A stretch of 63,160 nucleotides of DNA, filler included, from Octopus bimaculoides (lineage: Eukaryota), in assembly GCF_001194135.2 (NCBI RefSeq). It is 4 parts of 4 records of this genome, joined end to end, with 100 filler letters (N's around TTAATTAATTAA, not from the genome) between each part and the next. Parts side by side here need not be neighbours in the genome. Positions count along the whole stretch, not along the records: positions 56,602 to 63,160 come from NC_068990.1; 3 more parts are not named here. One strand, written 5' to 3'. The first letter of the stretch is position 1; each line of letters begins with the position of its first letter. The notes under the pieces are model-generated. The model saw only the letters and a program-made list of their open reading frames with translations. It had not been told where the DNA came from and did not search any database. The position numbers and the translations under genes are program-made. Shown here in pieces: positions 58,720-63,160 of the stretch.

Positions 58720-61700
58720 TTTTTTTTTTCTTTTGAAGAGGTCACCATCCTTAAACCCTTTCCAATATAATGGTAAATGACTAAATAAATAAATAAATAT
58801 ATGATTGGTGAATGAGAAGGGGATCTTTCTTCCTGTCTCTAACTATCTATTTATCTGTCTGACTGTCTATCTATATATTTATTTATCTATCTATCCATCT
58901 ATCAATCTATCTGTCAGCCTATCTAACTGCCTATATTTCGATCTATTCATCTCCATTGTCAATAGAACCTCCCCCCCCCAAAAAAAAACAAAAACAATGT
59001 TCTCTTTTTCTAAACAAAACTCCAAAAGAACATGTTTTATATAAATGAACAAGCTGTTTGTACATTCACAAAATTCACTTAACACTCTATACATATCTCC
59101 CTGGATGTACAAGACGCCAGAATGAATCGATCACAATCGCAGCCGAGAAACACCAAAAGTACAGAACTTCTCAAAGAAATATCTAATAAGCTGAACTTAC
59201 TTATTTCAAGACTTGACACAATCTTCACCAATGCAGATAAAACTATGAATGATACCCATACAGAAGTATTCTAACAACAGGGACGAACATGAAAGTAGTA
59301 AGAATTGGGGTACAACAGCAAAATCACTTGAAACCACATCTCTGGTAGGAACTTCTTAATCGTCGGAAACATGCATACTGGAAAAGAATTCGATGCAACA
59401 ATATAGCAAACACCTACCAGAATTGGCGAAGCAAAGAAAACCCAATCCTGCCCAGAAAATTTCTTATTAAAGAAATAAGAAGTGAATCACTGGAAAAAAC
59501 AACGATACGTGCGAATTTAGCTTTATGCTGACTAGAAGCAGAAATCGTTCTTCTGCAATCACGAAAAATACGACACGAAGAGAAAGTAAAAAATATTAAC
59601 GCAGTTACGTTTGATGAATTTGCTGAGCGGAGTAACAATCAATGTCATGAAAAACTGCAAAAACTATGAAAAGAAGACACAAATCGGGAAGAAGAAAAAT
59701 CCATAAAAATGTGGGAAAACAAGAGTGGTTCACTAACTATGAAAAAGCTATGGAGAAAAATCCATTATGAAAACGAAACAACAACAAAAAATACGAGGAA
59801 ATCGAAAACAAATGTAGATACCAACCCCAGAGTAACCGGACTAAGGTAGCGAACCTCTAATTACCCAAGAACATACGCGGAAATGACCTCCATCTCACCC
59901 CAAGTACAGACTAGAAACCCATATTCTACAATATATAACACTGCAAATAGCCAACACATGAAATATAGAAGACAACCATCAACCCATAATTTCAAACACA
60001 ATAAATATATAAATACAAAGAAAAAATGACATGAAAGACAAATAACATACAGACAACCACTAACCCGTAATAACATGGACCCTAGATGGGTGAATACATG
60101 GGAAGAAAGACAAATAAAATACGGACAGCACAGGTACTATAATAGGAATAATAATCATCATGAAAACTCAAGCAACCCACGATTTAGGACCAAAAATCCC
60201 ATATATCCTGAATGGCGAAAAAAGTATGGAAGATGGGAAGATGGGAAGAAAATAAAACCTATAACCAACGGAATTCGTATAAAAGACATGAACCATCCTT
60301 CCACCTACATGGGAAACAGAACGCCGAAATCTAAAAACGGAGTCACGATAGCACAATTCTTCTTTTAGGGAGAAAATACTAAAATCCCGCACCGGAGCCG
60401 ATAAAACAAAATTTAAATGAACACACAGAACACATAGTCCCGAAGATCATTAATTTATCAAATAGAAATCGCAACAATAATGAGATGAACCTCCTATTAA
60501 AGGATATAAAGTTTACTCCGACACGCACCCCTAATCTCATTGAACTGATATCTGATATTGAACACTTCAAACGCCACCTCCGACTTATAGAATTCTTCAG
60601 CAGTAAGGATTTAAATGATGAATCAGTAGTCAGAAATAAATCCCACTTCATCCCCTAAAAGAGAAAGGACAAATATTTAGACGCGTATATAGAAACGATT
60701 TCAAAATTTCCCCTAAATTCCCACAGATGCAAACAAAACCTTCGTGAAGAAGAAAAGGAAGCCTTACAAACACTGAAGAATGACAACTCAGTCATCCTAA
60801 AAGGAGCCGATAAGGGAGGGACGATAGTAATCATGGACAAGGACTATTATAAAGATAAAATATTGGAAATGTTAACAAACCAAACCTACTACAAGGAAGA
60901 ACCATGACACCCAGAAAAAGCAATAATGAATAAAATCAGAAGACTAATCAATGAATTCCAAGATTCCTTCAGACAAGGAGAAAGATTATATATGCAACTC
61001 TGTAATCAAAGAGAGCAATTACCCAAAATCCAGAAAAGCTCCGAAATACAAAGTGCCATATATAAGCAGAAGAACCAGTACCTAAAAATACTAAGGCCTG
61101 CTAACCTCAAACCAAGACCGATAGTTGCTGGACCTCAAGCACCAACACAACAACTAAGTCATTTTTTAGATATACTCCTGAAACCTTTGTACCTTTTAAT
61201 ACCCAGTACGGGATGTACGGGAAGGCATAGATTTCATCCAACACATCCCTCCAACTGTCGCAGAAGGTACTATACTTACAAGTTTTGATGTCACTAATCT
61301 CTATACTAATATACCTCACACTTTAGGCCTAAAAGTAACCAAACACTGGGTAGAGAAACATAGAGGACGGATAAATGAACACTTAAATACTGACTTTATC
61401 ACCATGGCCACACGCCTAGTACTAGAAGAAAATACATTTAGATTCGACAATAAAACATATCGACAGTTAAAGGGCACGGCTATGAGTACGCAGTTTGCGC
61501 CTTCATATGCAAACTTAGTTATGGGATACTCGGAAGAAAAACTTTATGGGGAAGTAGAAAAAACTTTTGATCAGTAGTACAAGAAATATATCATTAAAAA
61601 GAGGAAACACTTGATGATTGCTTCATCTTCTGGGATAGATCGAATGAAGACCTAAGTATATTTAACAATATACTGAATACACTAAATCCATCCGTCAAAT

Positions 61701-62683
61701 TCACGACAGAATCCAATTGCAATGAATTACCATTTCTGGGTATCCACATAAAAATACAGAACTCCAGTCACAACAGACATATTTTACAAAATAACTGACA
61801 CACACCAATATTTAAACTTCTACTCTTGCCATCCATCACACATCAAAAGAAACATCCCATACAGCATGGCAAGACGCATCTGTGCTATAGTGACTGACCT
61901 CGAAATACGTGAAATCCAACTCAACGAATTCAAAGGCTGCCTCACGATGCAGAAATACCACTTGAAATTAATTAATGAGGGAATTAAAAAGGCGATGAAA
62001 TTGAACATCACCCAACTACGGACACCTAAGGAAAAATTTATTGAAAACACAATTCCGTTCCTTAACACACTCAGTCCAACATCTTTCATGCCATAAAATC
62101 GAACTTACCTATACTCCTACAAAGCCCCAAAATAAGTAATCTGATTGAAAAAAAACCCCACCTTATGGAATAGCAGACGCCAACCAAAATGTCTTTAAAA
62201 ACACCTTACAAGGGCAGAATTCAAATCAGAAAATGAAACAGAATCATCAGTAAAAGAATGTGGAGATAAGAGATGTGGAACATGAAACAACATCAACTTC
62301 AAATACTTGGAAAGTGGTTCCCAAATAAAATTCAAGAGCGGATCCCTTTTCAAAATAAATACAGATATGAACTACAAAACACAAAACCTCATATACTGCA
62401 TTACCTGCCTAAACTGCAAAAGAAAATTACATTGGCGAAACAAATGATTCCCTCTGCCAACGTGCAAGAATCCACAGGCAACATATCTGACAAGAGGAAT
62501 TACTCAAGATTCCATTAAGTAAGCATCTGGAAAATATGCAGCGACGGAAAATTCTAAATTTTTTTTTTTTTTTCTTTTTGCAGAGGTCACCATCCTTAAA
62601 CCCATTCCAATACAATGGTAAATGACTAAATAAATAAATGAATGGTAAATCGGAAGGGGGATCCCTCTCCCTCTCCCCATCGG

Positions 62684-62718
<35 letters not shown>

Positions 62719-62814
62719 CCATTGTCAATGGAACCTCATTCAAAAAAACAAAACAAAGCCAACGTTCTCTCCGACCCCCCACAACATCTGTTTTATATAA
62801 ATGAACAAGCTGTT
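58720..62814 (+). mobile_element. Near-complete but degenerate Penelope-like element of Naiad type, with direct terminal repeats
   Basis: ADKGGTIVIMD; LPKIQK-(insertion)-PRPIVAGP; FDVTNLYTNIP; GTAMS..FAPSYANL; LDDCFIFW; LPFL; YLNFYSCHPSHIK; C-x4-C-x2 linker; NLIYCITC..YIGET..RIHRQH GIY-YIG. Direct repeats 58720-59058 and 62560-62814. Many stops and frameshifts. Confidence 0.9.
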
Positions 62815-63000
62815 CGAGAAACGAACGAAAAAGCTAATAATAATTAATTCGTTTTATTGGCCACAAGTGCTGATATCAATTAAAAACATGTAAGGACAAA
62901 GACAGGACGAAAGTTACAAAAGGTTTTGTCTGAAAAGGTAGGAACGTTCGTCTAAACAGAGGAAGAAAACGGAGAAAGATATAACAAATAAATAGATAGA

Positions 63001-63031
<31 letters not shown>

Positions 63032-63160
63032 AAAAAAAATTAATAGAACTCCCAAAGGGGGAGGCGCTTCGAAAAAGGAAAGGTTACACGTGGAAAAACC
63101 CATAAAACCACGGGAGGCTGGTCAGAAAAAATAAGAAAGGGGTATAGAGCCCTTTCTCCT

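Noticed and set aside
58768-58812. Possible SECIS (ATGA...AA loop...TGAA) in the Naiad terminal repeat
   Set aside because: Helix II pairs poorly, the region is a (TAAA)n tract and the 3' repeat copy does not keep the fold; needs SECISearch3 on a consensus.
28220-63160. Search for a tandem Nox paralog or another host gene
   Set aside because: I saw no Nox motifs or convincing spliced exons on either strand; small exons or exons inside gaps could have been missed.
62815-63160. Expected hammerhead in the Naiad 3' repeat
   Set aside because: No CTGAnGA/GAAA core was found on either strand within the window.

Overview
AT-rich, microsatellite-dense animal genomic DNA with N-gaps. The repeat repertoire suggests an octopus or other coleoid cephalopod (inference). 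The left half (315-27881, + strand) holds the last 11 coding exons of a NOX1-3/NOX2(gp91phox)-type NADPH oxidase. I assembled them by hand into 410 codons plus stop with an unbroken frame and all introns GT-AG; the 5' exons lie outside the window. The introns and the right half are filled with tRNA-derived SINEs, mariner (DD34D), maT-like (DD37D), Tigger-like and hAT MITE elements, fold-back repeats and fragments of R4/Dong-like, CR1-like, RTE, BovB-like, Tx1/L1-like and Penelope-like retroelements. I found no second host gene. Leads most worth testing: (1) a core-intact type I hammerhead ribozyme at the 3' end of a Penelope-like fragment; (2) a near-complete Naiad-type Penelope-like element with TGA at a conserved zinc-finger Cys, possibly selenocysteine but ambiguous; (3) three conserved Nox positions that are each one A-to-G (A-to-I edit) away from the human NOX2 residue; (4) a C4HC3 PHD finger inserted inside an RTE reverse transcriptase; (5) a recurring hairpin plus H-type pseudoknot module in RTE 3' ends. 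All alignments and folds were done by eye; no database search or folding program was run.
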